A stretch of DNA of 64,000 nucleotides from Candidatus Chromulinivorax destructor (GCF_003366055.1 NZ_CP025544.1:477278-541277); one strand, 5' to 3'; numbered from the stretch's first letter, positions 1-10,936 are shown. Notes: a model not told the origin generated them from the letters alone. Numbers and translations: made by a program.

Positions 1-1
1 T

Positions 2-544
2 GGCCGATTAATTCAAGATACACTTGAACGTGGCATATCATTACAATGCGCAGAAGAACTTAAAAAAGTGATTATGCAAAGAAATAGTAACATTCGTGTG
101 ATTTTAACACGAGTTCCTGGAGAGACAATACAACCATTACAAAATGCATCATTTGCTAATAGGTTACAAGTCGATTTTTATATGAGTATATATTTTTATG
201 AAGAACAAAACACCCCTGCCTATATTACACTGTACCACTATCTTGAAAACCCAATAAACGACTATTGGTACAAACCACTCCAACTTTGTTTTTATCAAAC
301 AAATCAAGCACATCTCATGCATCTTGCAACAACAAAAAAATGGGGTATTGCGATGCTGGATGTTTTACAAAACAAACAGTCACAAAAATACTTTCAGCCT
401 CTTGGGTTTTTTGGCATTCCATTTCAGCCACTTGTTGGAGTTCAAGCGCCAGCAATTGCAGTTGAAATTGGATTAAAAAACAAACAAGATTGGCGCCATG
501 TTATTGAGCCATTAGTTCAAGCGATAGAAAGAATCATACAATGA
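2..544 (+). CDS. N-acetylmuramoyl-L-alanine amidase (Amidase_3 family), 5'-truncated by window start; reading frame is open back to nt 2
   Basis: C-terminal region resembles AmiA/AmiC: VILTR...ANRLQVDFYMSIYF...AYITLY...GIPFQPLVGVQAPAIAVEIG...; no stop codon between nt 2 and the ORF-track start at 68. Confidence 0.45.
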   Translation, partial: GRLIQDTLERGISLQCAEELKKVIMQRNSNIRVILTRVPGETIQPLQNASFANRLQVDFYMSIYFYEEQNTPAYITLYHYLENPINDYWYKPLQLCFYQTNQAHLMHLATTKKWGIAMLDVLQNKQSQKYFQPLGFFGIPFQPLVGVQAPAIAVEIGLKNKQDWRHVIEPLVQAIERIIQ

Positions 545-1080
545 AATATTTTACAACTGCTTGCCTTGTTATAGTTTCATGTATTGCTGGAGTTATTCTC
601 TATGCATATCAAAAAGAATGGATCATTATAGTACCTCCATATCAGACAGCTGTTTACCAGCCTGAAGATACTGATGAACATCTCGAGCACCGCACGATTT
701 CATTATTTTTCTTTAAACATCATCAATGGTCTAAAGAAGATATCACAATTATCTGGTCATCAGATGCATCATACAATGTAAAAACTATTTTAAATAGTTG
801 GTTTATGCTCCTGGAAGACGAAAAAATTATCGATAAAGATATCCAAGTCGTATCAGCAATTATATCACCTGCAAAAGAACTTTTTATATCACTCAGCAAA
901 GAACCTTTTAATAAACAAGATGCAACCTATATAAAGCTAATGATTGTACAAGGTTTACTTAAAACACTGTATGAAAATAAAGTGCCCGTACAATCTGTAC
1001 GTTTTTTAATTCATCACCAGCCGCTTCTTGATGATCATTTAAATTTTTCAATTTCATGGCCGTTATCTGGCTTTTTATAA
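541..1080 (+). CDS. lipoprotein of unknown function (start overlaps upstream stop, ATGA coupling)
   Basis: N-terminal signal/lipobox-like MKYFTTACLVIVSCIAG; translational coupling with the amidase gene. Confidence 0.4.
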   Translation: MKYFTTACLVIVSCIAGVILYAYQKEWIIIVPPYQTAVYQPEDTDEHLEHRTISLFFFKHHQWSKEDITIIWSSDASYNVKTILNSWFMLLEDEKIIDKDIQVVSAIISPAKELFISLSKEPFNKQDATYIKLMIVQGLLKTLYENKVPVQSVRFLIHHQPLLDDHLNFSISWPLSGFL

Positions 1081-1140
1081 AAAAAGGTGTTTATGTAGAC
1101 TTTTACAAGTTACCTAAACACCCCATTACATCACTGTATG

Positions 1141-2538
1141 TTAATTTGATTGTTTATTGTTAAGTAGATGTTGTAATTCTATAGATGATATGATTCCTTT
1201 TTTGCGCAATAAATCGACAATACAGATAATATCTGACTTGTTCTCTGAAATATAAATGAACGTTTTTATATAACAATCTTTTAATATAAGTTCAATTTGT
1301 TGATGTATTACATTTTCATCAAGTTCATCTTGATCCTTAATTAAAAGCCTTGCTGCTGTGCGAGCTTGCTCTAAATCACTAAAAGCTCCATTTCGCTCTA
1401 ATAAATCTAAAAATCCAGCATCCATATCATCAAATATTATTTGTGTAGGAAATCCAAATACTTGCTCACTAACTCCTCCCGCTAAATACATCATAATATC
1501 ATGCTCTAATTGAAGATCATTTTGAGTTATATCTTTGTAATGTTCTTGCATAGAAACCATTCCATTATAAAAAATTCTTGGTAGAACTGTAACATATGAA
1601 ACTGATCTTCCTGTATCTTTTTTCATTGCAAGTAATGTATGCCCAGCCTCATGATACATAGTTAATTCATTGTCTCTATATACTAATTTTTTTAAGTTTA
1701 AAATCCATTGAAAATCATTTTTTTTGTGAGCCAATGCCTGATACAGATGTTTTAAATCTATAGAATCTGAATTATCTTTCAATGCAATATGCTGAGCATT
1801 GTGTATAAAATCTATATAATTGACTAATGAAAAAGGTTGCTCACTATAAAATTCAAGCATTAAATTATATACCATAGAAGCATCTATATGATCTGCAAAT
1901 TTTATATGCTGAAAAACATTTTCAAGATATTTTTTAGTATCATCATCACTCAAATCAGCTTCATTTTTTAATAAATACATTTGATTTTTGTCATCATTAC
2001 TTACGTTAAACGCATCAACAAGTCGTTCATCCAGGAAAATTATATGTCCTGATTCTTGTAAATGCTGAATTTTTTGTAAAAAGTAATTTTGCAATAGAAT
2101 TTGTTCAGACTCCAAAGTAGCTCCATCATTCATGGTATCTGACATAATAAGACAAGGTGTAATCGACTGTGCTTTTTCAAAAACTTTATCTATTCGCTTT
2201 TTTCTATTATCAAAAAAAATTCCTTTATCTATTAATTTTGCTGTTTGCACACGAATAATAGAACAATTTATATCATTCTGTAATAATGGATTAAAAAATC
2301 GTTGCTCTGCAACTGGAGATGTTTTTTTACTTGTATTTTTATGATAATTTGTAACAGAATGAGAAACTGTATAAACATCTGTTTTCATATTATCGGTTAA
2401 CTGCAACGTACCTATTACTCCTAAATATGCGCATGCCGAGAATGCTACTTTATTAAAAGCTCCTGCTTGCACTTGGTCACATGGATAACCAAAAAATCTA
2501 ATTAATAGCAATATTATAAAGCATTGATAAATCTTCAT
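1141..2538 (-). CDS. secreted FtsH-like (M41) zinc metallopeptidase-domain protein without AAA module
   Basis: signal peptide MKIYQCFIILLLIRFFG; HEAGH zinc motif (MYHEAGHTLLAM) followed by LAGGVSEQVFG and SDLEQARTAARLLI, matching the FtsH protease-domain layout; no Walker motifs. Confidence 0.55.
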   Translation of the reverse strand: MKIYQCFIILLLIRFFGYPCDQVQAGAFNKVAFSACAYLGVIGTLQLTDNMKTDVYTVSHSVTNYHKNTSKKTSPVAEQRFFNPLLQNDINCSIIRVQTAKLIDKGIFFDNRKKRIDKVFEKAQSITPCLIMSDTMNDGATLESEQILLQNYFLQKIQHLQESGHIIFLDERLVDAFNVSNDDKNQMYLLKNEADLSDDDTKKYLENVFQHIKFADHIDASMVYNLMLEFYSEQPFSLVNYIDFIHNAQHIALKDNSDSIDLKHLYQALAHKKNDFQWILNLKKLVYRDNELTMYHEAGHTLLAMKKDTGRSVSYVTVLPRIFYNGMVSMQEHYKDITQNDLQLEHDIMMYLAGGVSEQVFGFPTQIIFDDMDAGFLDLLERNGAFSDLEQARTAARLLIKDQDELDENVIHQQIELILKDCYIKTFIYISENKSDIICIVDLLRKKGIISSIELQHLLNNKQSN

Positions 2539-2621
2539 ATATTTTTAACCTTCACTGAAACATTTAAATAGGTGTTTTATATAACGAGGTTGTTTCAACC
2601 AAATTTTAACTCTAAAGATTT

Positions 2622-2795
2622 ATCCTACATTTTCTACGAAAACTCCGGGAATTTGCTGACCAGTTAACCTCATGCACTATTTTTTAAACTAAAAAAGCGT
2701 AAAGTGGCCACCGCCACTCCTATTTTCGGAGAGGAGCGAAGCTATATCGTAGGTTTTTATCAACATGTAAATTTGGTTCACACAGCATAATAGTA
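2622..2795 (+). repeat. structured intergenic repeat, copy A (GC-rich core gtggccaccgccac...cggagaggagcgaagc)
   Basis: near-identical to 25878-26060 and related to 3688-3860 and inverted 21245-21425. Confidence 0.65.
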
Positions 2796-2947
2796 ACATA
2801 TCTAATTTTTATATTAAAAAGGTGAATCATTTTTTAAATTACATTCTTAATTTTTAATATAATTTTTTCTACAAAATGTATTCAATTAATCATTGATTTT
2901 ATATTTTATTTTTTAGTATTGTTAGAAATATAGAAAAAGGAATATAT

Positions 2948-3637
2948 ATGTTTCATAATCGATTAACGTACCAACAATTATCAGATTTTTTTCATTTGAC
3001 CACTTTTATAGGGTTAGTAAACCTTTTATGTAAAGTGCTGCAAATTTATTACGTTCCTGATGCTACAAGGCTGAGCATTATCATTGATAATATAAGCAAT
3101 GCTACCTTCTTTACGACAACGATTATTATTGTTGGGCTTGCTCTTAAATTTTTTCTCAAAGATTATAAAAGCTTTACAAAAAAACATAAAATTCTTGCCT
3201 TAAGTATTATGGCATGCATTGTTACGTTTATTGTATGGATTGTCATAACAAATAAAATCTTGAAATTTTACTTGTTTGCCATCAAAGATATGCATGATAA
3301 AAAAGCTGTATATCTTTTTGCTTTTATTATATGCATGCTCATTTTTGATAGTTATTATGCTTATAAAGACCATAGCAAAATAGGCGAGGCTGCTCTTATT
3401 AAAAGTATATTTAAAAGTTTTAGACTTTTACTCTATAAATATTTAGTAATAGGTCTTTCGTATGCAGGGCTTTTGCACATGACAGAATTACATAGATTTG
3501 CAGAAACAAGTGTCCCTATTATACAATATACAACGCTGTGGTTTGCATCTGTTTTAGGATTACTACTCGTATCAATTTGGACCATATATTTTTTATATTA
3601 TGTGCTAAAAAATATATTATATCATCAAGACAAATAA
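2948..3637 (+). CDS. polytopic membrane protein, unknown function (flanked by repeat copies A and B)
   Basis: ORF with SD aaaaaggaa upstream; multiple hydrophobic segments. Confidence 0.5.
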   Translation: MFHNRLTYQQLSDFFHLTTFIGLVNLLCKVLQIYYVPDATRLSIIIDNISNATFFTTTIIIVGLALKFFLKDYKSFTKKHKILALSIMACIVTFIVWIVITNKILKFYLFAIKDMHDKKAVYLFAFIICMLIFDSYYAYKDHSKIGEAALIKSIFKSFRLLLYKYLVIGLSYAGLLHMTELHRFAETSVPIIQYTTLWFASVLGLLLVSIWTIYFLYYVLKNILYHQDK

Positions 3638-3687
3638 TAAATTACCTAGATTGAGTGAATCAAATTTTTACAAGAGAGTTTTCCCCT

Positions 3688-3860
3688 CCCTTTTCTGTGA
3701 AAACTCCGCGAATTTGCTTGCCAGTGTGCCTGATGCACTATTTTTTAAACTAAAAAAGCGTAAAGTTGCAGTCGCTGCTATGCTTGCAAAGATAAGCGTA
3801 GCGATATCGCAGGCTTGTATTTTAATTTTTAAGTTTGCTTTACACAGCCTAAATAATTAA
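3688..3860 (+). repeat. structured intergenic repeat, copy B (more diverged)
   Basis: shares gaaaactccgcgaatttgct...gatgcactattttttaaactaaaaaagcgtaaagt...gcgatatcgcagg with copy A. Confidence 0.55.
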
Positions 3861-3885
3861 TGTTACTATAAAAAAGGAAAGTTAT

Positions 3886-4107
3886 ATGTTTCAAAATTCA
3901 ATAAAAAATATGAGTAATGAATCTAAAGGAATGCTTGCTTCTATTTTAGGACTGATTTTAATTTTAGGTACCCTTGGAAAATTACAAATACTGCAAAGTA
4001 TCTTAAACTCAATTATGTTGCTCACTGGTCTTGCTCTTCTCTTTTGGGGGATTAACGTCAGCAACAGTTATAAAAAAATAACAACGTATCTTCATAAGAA
4101 AAAATAA
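3886..4107 (+). CDS. small membrane protein (73 aa)
   Basis: SD aaaaaaggaaag 6 nt upstream; two hydrophobic helices. Confidence 0.4.
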   Translation: MFQNSIKNMSNESKGMLASILGLILILGTLGKLQILQSILNSIMLLTGLALLFWGINVSNSYKKITTYLHKKK

Positions 4108-4122
4108 ACTTTATCAATTTAT

Positions 4123-4167
4123 AAAAAAGGCGCTCTTGATTATGAACAATCAAGAGCGCCTTTTTTA
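4123..4167. terminator. bidirectional rho-independent terminator (ggcgctcttgat...atcaagagcgcc flanked by A/T runs)
   Basis: perfect 12-bp stem between convergent genes ending 4107 (+) and 4181 (-). Confidence 0.6.
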
Positions 4168-4180
4168 TCTCAAAATAATA

Positions 4181-7100
4181 CTATTTCATCGTAATTTGCA
4201 TAACAGGCTGAGCAACAGAAATTCCATGTGCTTTTAAGTGTATGACAATCGCTAGACGAATATCACTTGCAATTTTCCATTGATTAAGAGTATTTGTAGA
4301 ACTAATATAGCCTCGCACCATAAAGGTATATCCCTTATCGTTAAAATCATCTAAACGAATTAGTGGTTCAGGTACTTTTAATACATCATGATTTTCATCA
4401 AGCACTTGGTGTAAAATATTCTTAACTTGCTCTGGATCGCTATCAAACGGCACAGAAAAAACAATATCATCAAAAGCAATATACCCGCGAGTATAATTCC
4501 AATTATAAATAGGTGATTTTAAGATTTGTGAGTTAGGAACTACAATTGTTACTGAATTTTTTCTGCGTAAAATTACAGCACGTGGTCCGATTTTTTTTAC
4601 AACACCCAAAACATGGTCATCAATTTTAATAAAATCACCTACTTTAACTTGTCGTTGCACTAATATAAAAAAGTAAGCTACAACGTCGGCAAATAGATCT
4701 TTAAACGTCCAACCAAAAGTTACTAACCCGATCCCTAAAATATAGCCTACTAAAAAGCCTAAGCCCTCTAATTCAAGCATAATAAAAATAGTTGCGCTCA
4801 TAATAACATAACGAGAGATTGTCATAACCGTATCTTGCACACCAGGATCTACATACTGAATGTCAAATACTCTTTGTAGCACATACCGTCTAAATAAAAA
4901 TGCTAAAAAAGCACCAATTATTGGAGAAAATAATAATCGAATACAACCTGCAACTCGAATAAATTCTAATTTAGAGCCTGCAGAACCATAATAAATATGA
5001 TAATTTAAAAATTTATCTATTTGATCTAAGGCTATTGGGTAACCCCAAATTTGAGCGATTAAAAGAATTGTTAACGCTATAAATAAAAAGAATAAAATAA
5101 CAACAAATATTGCATACCATGTTTTAGCGTAATCAAATCGTTCTTTTTTGACAAATTCACCAGTATCTTTAAAAAATATCAGTGACGATATTGTTTTAAT
5201 TGCATTGTGAATCAAATACATGGTTGCAAGTAAAATAAGAGTCATGGTGATATTTAAAATCATGTACCACATTAAATGACCGTAACCTCCAAGATATGGG
5301 TCACTTAAAATCAACATAACAATGCAAAATAGTGATAAAATATAATAGTATCTATCAACTAATTTTGAAAACTCTTCAAAATATATATTTGTTTTTGGAA
5401 TTAAATTTAACAGTTCATCTTTTTCGATTGAAAAAACAACTGAAATAAAAATCACGACATGGTATAACCGAAGCAAAATAATAGGAAACTCTGACTGCTG
5501 ATACATCATGACGAGCATGAACATTTTTCTAAAAAATAAAATTGTAATAGTCGAAATTGAAAAAAATGAAAATATCCATCGAAATCGATTTTGAAACGAT
5601 TCGCCCAAAAGTAAATATCCAATAGATTTATTAAAATCTAATAGATAAACCAAAAATGATCGTGATAAATAGGTTAAAAGGACAATAGAAAATGCATAAA
5701 ACATCAAAACAAAGACGATCGAGTAATGACAAATACTCAATGACATAAAGAGTAAAATCCATATATAAATCAACCCTAAATATTCTTGTATAAATCCACA
5801 CAGAACAGCGAACATTCTACTCAATAAAAAAATGTTATGCATGTCTGGACTGATCTGCATAAATGAATTATATAAAGCAGGAAGCATAATTAAAAGACAC
5901 AAATAAATAATATAGAGAAAGATACCAAGTAATATATAGGTAAAAAACTGTGATGTAGAGGTTGTAATAAAATTATAAGCATCATCAAAGAAATTGAAAT
6001 GAATGATATAATCTTGCACCATTCCGTAAATATTATGAACAAAGGTAATGAGATTTGGAATAATTTCTTTAATCCCATTGAGCGTAACTGCACGGTTTGA
6101 TCGATGCCAAACGCCAATTAAATCAAGCTCTTGTAGCATAAAATTCGTCAGGATCAGCGATTCTTCTTTCAACTCAATTAACGATGCATACTGCTCACTT
6201 AATTTAAGATAGACATCTGCCTGGCGCTCAACAGCTTTTAATGATTTTGTTAGTAAAGTTATACTTTCATTATACTTTCTTTGATTTTCAGCAATATCAT
6301 TTGATGGATACGACTTTAATCGTTCTTGATATTTTTTTATATTTTGTAATTTTTTATGCTGAGATTTTATTAACATATGCAATTCGCCTGTGCGATCTTG
6401 ATATGATTTAATCATATTTTGTATAGAATTTTTCGTATCTTTATAATGATTACGTAAGGTTTCTAAATGATCATTATCATGAAATTTAGATTGAGTAATT
6501 GCATACAAAGACTGGACTGCATCTTCTAATGCTTGCGCATGAAATATTTTTGCATCTTGCATCAACAATTCAATACGAATTTTTTCAATTTTTTGATCAA
6601 TAAAAGCTACATTTAAATATGCTAATGAAACAGAAATTGCTTGGAAGTCTTCTTGAATTGTATCAAATGAAACATCCCAATCTTCTACTTGACGAATGTT
6701 GGATAATGAAATTTTATAACGATCACTTAATTTTTCAAGCTCTTCTTGCATGTAAGATTTTTGATTTGCTAGATCAGTTCGATCTTTCATTAAATTAATT
6801 TTACTTGCTTGAACTTCTGACTTTATTTCATTATTTTTTTGCTGATAAAATAACACATCCTGTTTATCAACTTTCATGCGACGTCGAACTTGCACTAAAC
6901 TTGCTTCTAGTTTAATTTTTTTCTGCGCAGTAACAAACATCTGGGATGTTATAAATTCAACGCTTCTGACATGCTCTTCAACACGTAAAGCATCTAATTC
7001 ACGTTCTTGCATCAGCACTTCTTTTTCAAGATTGTATAATGCTACCTGATTTTTGACATCAGCATGATTTGATTTTTTTAATGATTCTATGTAATCATTA

Positions 7101-7726
7101 ATAGCTTTTATTTCTTTATCTTTTGTTGTAATAAAATTTTCAGAACGAGCAACAACCGATTCTTCATTTTCTTTTTTAATTTGTAAACGAGATAAAGCTT
7201 CTTGCTCAAGCATAATTTTATGAGTTAAAATCTGTAAATCAGAAAATGCATATAAAGATTTTTCTTCTATCTCATCATTTGGCTCATCAAGAGATTGAAA
7301 ATATTTATCAAGATATTCAATGTGCTGTTTCATATATTCAGCTATTTGCTGACGAGTTTCACGAACATCAGGAAGAAGTTGATATTTATTATTTAATAAA
7401 TTAAGTTTTTTTGATAAATATTCATTATTCCCATTGGCAGGAGTTGTCTTTAAATTATCTATCTCTTTTTTTACCAAAATCATCTGCTTTTCGATTGCAT
7501 CTGATTGTAACTTTGATTTTTCAAGTAATGCTTTATATTCAACTTTTAACGTTTCAAGCATATTTTGTTTTTGGGCTGCATCTTCACCAATAAAAAACTT
7601 TAGGCCAGTATTTGGCATAACTGAATCTTTTAAAGCATCAAAACCAACAGGTTGCAAATGAAGTGCAAATCCAGAAACAGAACTCATCAACAAACAGAAT
7701 AATGCTTTATGCATATATTTTTTCAT
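4181..7726 (-). CDS. MscK/KefA-like mechanosensitive channel: signal peptide, ~550 aa periplasmic coiled-coil, ~11 TM helices, C-terminal MscS domain
   Basis: C-terminal MscS beta-domain motif GDFIKIDDHVLGVVKKIGPRAVILRRKNSVTIVVPNSQI; long heptad-rich N-terminus; many TM segments. Confidence 0.7.
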   Translation of the reverse strand: MKKYMHKALFCLLMSSVSGFALHLQPVGFDALKDSVMPNTGLKFFIGEDAAQKQNMLETLKVEYKALLEKSKLQSDAIEKQMILVKKEIDNLKTTPANGNNEYLSKKLNLLNNKYQLLPDVRETRQQIAEYMKQHIEYLDKYFQSLDEPNDEIEEKSLYAFSDLQILTHKIMLEQEALSRLQIKKENEESVVARSENFITTKDKEIKAINDYIESLKKSNHADVKNQVALYNLEKEVLMQERELDALRVEEHVRSVEFITSQMFVTAQKKIKLEASLVQVRRRMKVDKQDVLFYQQKNNEIKSEVQASKINLMKDRTDLANQKSYMQEELEKLSDRYKISLSNIRQVEDWDVSFDTIQEDFQAISVSLAYLNVAFIDQKIEKIRIELLMQDAKIFHAQALEDAVQSLYAITQSKFHDNDHLETLRNHYKDTKNSIQNMIKSYQDRTGELHMLIKSQHKKLQNIKKYQERLKSYPSNDIAENQRKYNESITLLTKSLKAVERQADVYLKLSEQYASLIELKEESLILTNFMLQELDLIGVWHRSNRAVTLNGIKEIIPNLITFVHNIYGMVQDYIIHFNFFDDAYNFITTSTSQFFTYILLGIFLYIIYLCLLIMLPALYNSFMQISPDMHNIFLLSRMFAVLCGFIQEYLGLIYIWILLFMSLSICHYSIVFVLMFYAFSIVLLTYLSRSFLVYLLDFNKSIGYLLLGESFQNRFRWIFSFFSISTITILFFRKMFMLVMMYQQSEFPIILLRLYHVVIFISVVFSIEKDELLNLIPKTNIYFEEFSKLVDRYYYILSLFCIVMLILSDPYLGGYGHLMWYMILNITMTLILLATMYLIHNAIKTISSLIFFKDTGEFVKKERFDYAKTWYAIFVVILFFLFIALTILLIAQIWGYPIALDQIDKFLNYHIYYGSAGSKLEFIRVAGCIRLLFSPIIGAFLAFLFRRYVLQRVFDIQYVDPGVQDTVMTISRYVIMSATIFIMLELEGLGFLVGYILGIGLVTFGWTFKDLFADVVAYFFILVQRQVKVGDFIKIDDHVLGVVKKIGPRAVILRRKNSVTIVVPNSQILKSPIYNWNYTRGYIAFDDIVFSVPFDSDPEQVKNILHQVLDENHDVLKVPEPLIRLDDFNDKGYTFMVRGYISSTNTLNQWKIASDIRLAIVIHLKAHGISVAQPVMQITMK

Positions 7727-7982
7727 AACAATCCTTACTCACTACTCTTCAATTTTTTTATGTATAATGAACAACAACTATAACGAGCATACTATGATGC
7801 TTCATGCGATGCATGGTATTTATTGTCATAGCGTATCTTGCTACTATAATACAAGAATTATTATGGTAAATAATACATATATTTACCATAAGTTGCGACC
7901 TTAATATTTTAAATTTTAACAGACGCTTTATACATGAGCTTGTGCGAATTAAATTTTATAGAGATTGTTCTGGCCTACGTTT

Positions 7983-8510
7983 TTATATTTGATCACTCGA
8001 CCAGCAATAATGAAGTGCTTTATAAAGAATTTGATCAATATTATCAATATCAACTCGATAACCTTGCACAACAATTTGATACAGTAATCTGTCTTCAGGA
8101 AATATTCCTAAATACAAAAAGAGCTTTAATAGATGTATTTTTTTTTGCTCACTAGTAACTGATTCTAAATTTTGATAAATCTCAAGAATTAAAGTGAAAA
8201 TATCTTGCATCATAATTTGCCATGGTGCAAAATTTAAACATATTTTTAAAATGTCATGCACAAAATAAAGGTCATAGGTATCAGGATTAAATGGAATAAA
8301 ATAAACATCAAGAAAATCGCACTGATAGGATGATTCTTTCTTTTTTATATCACAAAAAATTAATGATCCATTACAAAGTTTTGATGCTTCATGTTTTTCC
8401 GTAATAAATAAATTTATTTTTCCAAACTGCTCGTGCAAAATCGTAACTTTATTTTTCTTGGGAAACCAGTTTTTTAAAACAATTGCATGACTGATCAAAA
8501 AATGCTCCAT
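7983..8510 (-). CDS. hypothetical protein, weak resemblance to RecO N-terminal OB-fold region
   Basis: AIVLKNWFPKKNKVTILHEQFGKINLFI pattern; only 175 aa and no zinc-finger region, so possibly truncated or unrelated. Confidence 0.25.
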   Translation of the reverse strand: MEHFLISHAIVLKNWFPKKNKVTILHEQFGKINLFITEKHEASKLCNGSLIFCDIKKKESSYQCDFLDVYFIPFNPDTYDLYFVHDILKICLNFAPWQIMMQDIFTLILEIYQNLESVTSEQKKIHLLKLFLYLGIFPEDRLLYQIVVQGYRVDIDNIDQILYKALHYCWSSDQI

Positions 8511-8618
8511 GATAAAAATATTTGTTGTTATGATTGTACAATTTTAGCATAATCGGTACTATTACAAAAATATAATTTTAAAATTAAAATAATCACACTG
8601 TATGGAAGGTAAATTGGT

Positions 8619-8915
8619 ATGAAATTTTTATACGTTATTGCTTGCTGCATGTTATTTTTTTTACCTAATTTGTGCCATGCATCTGAAATTGAAACAAAAA
8701 ATTCAATCTCAGATTCTGATTGGCTTATTGCTGATAAAGAAGGCAATTCAGAAGAAGTAGAAAAACCTGCCCCAGCAGTCCATGAAGATCAAGAATTTAA
8801 CCCAGATGCGCACATTATTGCAGAAGTTGATGCAATAGCAAAGTCTATGTGTGATGATGCTCTTGCAATCTGGAGCTCTGTTCTATCTTTATTTACCGAT
8901 GATGATAATCTATAA
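8619..8915 (+). CDS. small secreted acidic protein (98 aa)
   Basis: SD ggaagg; signal peptide MKFLYVIACCMLFFLPNLCHA; D/E-rich. Confidence 0.4.
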   Translation: MKFLYVIACCMLFFLPNLCHASEIETKNSISDSDWLIADKEGNSEEVEKPAPAVHEDQEFNPDAHIIAEVDAIAKSMCDDALAIWSSVLSLFTDDDNL

Positions 8916-9130
8916 AACTTTACAATAGTTAATTTTGTAAAAGCTTTTGTCAAAAATCTCTGGCACCATTTCTATAATTGAAAAGTTTTGAATATAATAA
9001 ATTTACAAACATCACTATTAATTCATTTCGATAGCAAATAATAGATTTTAATTAGTAAAATAGGTATTCTAAAAGAAACATAATTTTTTAGAGTACCTAG
9101 AATTTTTATCAAATAAGGAAAACTTAGACG

Positions 9131-10936
9131 ATGGATCAATCAAAGATACGTAACGTTGCTATTATAGCACACGTTGATCACGGTAAAACAACTATGGTTG
9201 ACGAAATATTCAAGCAAAGTGATTCTATGCAAGCGCATCATGTTATTGAAGAGCGTTTGATGGATTCAATTGATCTTGAAAAAGAGCGTGGAATTACCAT
9301 TAAATCAAAAAATGGTTCTTGCATGTACAAAGACTATTTTATTAACATCATCGACACACCTGGTCACGCTGACTTTGGTGGAGAAGTTGAACGCGTGCTT
9401 AAAATGGCTGACGGTGTTCTTTTCCTTGTTGATGCTGCAGAAGGCCCAATGCCTCAGTCTTTCTTCGTATTGAAAAAAGCTGTTGCATTAAACTTACCTG
9501 TAGTTGTTGTTGTAAACAAAATCGACAAAGAAACAGCTCGTATTGAATGGGTTATTGACCAAGTTTTCGATCTTCTTGTAGGTCTTAATGCTCCTGATGA
9601 AATCTTAGATTTCAAAGTTGTATACGCATCAGCAAGAAACGGTTGGGCAACAACTGACTATAACGTTAAAACTGATAACATCAAAGCTATTTTTGAAGCG
9701 ATTGTAAACTACATCCCTGCACCTAAAGGTGACCCAAACGGTCCTTTCCAAATGCTTGTAAGTTCAATTGATCATTCAGCTTTCATGGGTCGTTTAGCAA
9801 TTGGTAAAGTTACTTCTGGTTCAATAGCTTTAGCTAACAGCGTAGTTGCTGCATCAGAAAACTTTATGAGTCAGCCTATCCGTGTAACAAAATTATACAG
9901 ATTTGAACGTAATAAACATATGGAAATCGAAACAGCTTCAGTTGGTGAAATCATCGCTGTTGCAGGTTTTAAAGATATTTTAGTAGGTCAAACTGTTACG
10001 AGTGCATCAAACCCAATTCCACTACCTTCATTCAAAATTGATCCACCAACAGTTGCTATTAAATTCTTACCAAACGACTCTCCATTGTCAGGTCAAGAAG
10101 GCGATTTCATTACAAGTCGTCAATTGCATGATCGTTTACACCGTGAACCACTTTCAGACATTGCTATGCAAGTTGAAGATGATGGTATCGGATTTAAAGT
10201 TTCTGGCCGTGGCGAATTACATCTTTCAATCTTTATTGAAAAATTACGTCGTGAAGGTTATGAATTCCAAGTATCTCGTCCTGAAGTAGTTTTCCAAGTT
10301 ATTGATGGCAAAAAAATGGAACCGTACGAAACGGTAACTATCGACGTTGCAACTCAATACATTGGTAAAATTATTGAAGCTATGGGTACACGTAAAGGTC
10401 AAATGACTGATATGAGAGAAGATGGTCCTATGACTCGTCTTATCTATGAAATCCCAACTCGTGGTATTTTAGGATACCAAGCTGACTTCATGATGGATAC
10501 TAAAGGTATGGGTATCATGAGTTCTGCTTTTGACAAATACGGTCCATACATTGGTGAAATCAGACTTCGTCAAAATGGTGTGATGATTGCTATGGAAAGT
10601 GGCAAAACAACTTCATACGCACTTGAAGGTCTTGAAGACCGTGGTGTATTGATTATGGGTTCTGGCCAAACTGTGTACGAAGGTCAAATCGTTGGTAAAC
10701 ATTCACGCGATAACGACTTAACAGTTAATGCTTGTAAAGGCAAAAAACTAACGAACATGCGTGCATCTGGTTCTGATGATTCAACAGCATTACAACCGCA
10801 TCTACAAATGACGTTAGAACAATGTCTATCGTTCATTATGGATGATGAGTTGATCGAATTCACTCCAAAATCAATTCGCTTAAGAAAAATGATTTTAAAC
10901 GAAGGTGAACGTAAACGTAGTGGTAAAAAAAGCTAA
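9131..10936 (+). CDS. typA: translational GTPase TypA/BipA
   Basis: G-domain motifs AHVDHGKTT, DTPGHADF, NKID; EF-G-like domains; C-terminal BipA-type domain. Confidence 0.9.
   Translation: MDQSKIRNVAIIAHVDHGKTTMVDEIFKQSDSMQAHHVIEERLMDSIDLEKERGITIKSKNGSCMYKDYFINIIDTPGHADFGGEVERVLKMADGVLFLVDAAEGPMPQSFFVLKKAVALNLPVVVVVNKIDKETARIEWVIDQVFDLLVGLNAPDEILDFKVVYASARNGWATTDYNVKTDNIKAIFEAIVNYIPAPKGDPNGPFQMLVSSIDHSAFMGRLAIGKVTSGSIALANSVVAASENFMSQPIRVTKLYRFERNKHMEIETASVGEIIAVAGFKDILVGQTVTSASNPIPLPSFKIDPPTVAIKFLPNDSPLSGQEGDFITSRQLHDRLHREPLSDIAMQVEDDGIGFKVSGRGELHLSIFIEKLRREGYEFQVSRPEVVFQVIDGKKMEPYETVTIDVATQYIGKIIEAMGTRKGQMTDMREDGPMTRLIYEIPTRGILGYQADFMMDTKGMGIMSSAFDKYGPYIGEIRLRQNGVMIAMESGKTTSYALEGLEDRGVLIMGSGQTVYEGQIVGKHSRDNDLTVNACKGKKLTNMRASGSDDSTALQPHLQMTLEQCLSFIMDDELIEFTPKSIRLRKMILNEGERKRSGKKS

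Noticed and set aside
2132-2344. 70-aa plus-strand ORF inside the M41 peptidase gene
   Set aside because: Antisense to a supported gene; no SD.
5890-6117. 75-aa ORF inside the MscK-like gene (same strand, different frame), and other nested or antisense ORFs (7411-7661, 9270-9473, 10002-10289, 12721-13245, 16277-16876, 19611-19814, 24616-24846, 25280-25707, 26416-27982, 39265-40063, 43175-44056, 45453-45680, 46790-47146, 48266-48584, 51839-52048, 53469-53660, 57434-57686, 58870-59100, 60252-60617)
   Set aside because: Fully embedded in or antisense to strongly supported genes, no SD sequences, and low-complexity translations typical of AT-rich DNA. Treated as spurious.
8528-8746. 72-aa minus-strand ORF overlapping the 8619-8915 secreted-protein gene
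   Set aside because: The plus-strand gene has an SD (ggaagg) and a clean signal peptide; the minus-strand ORF has neither.
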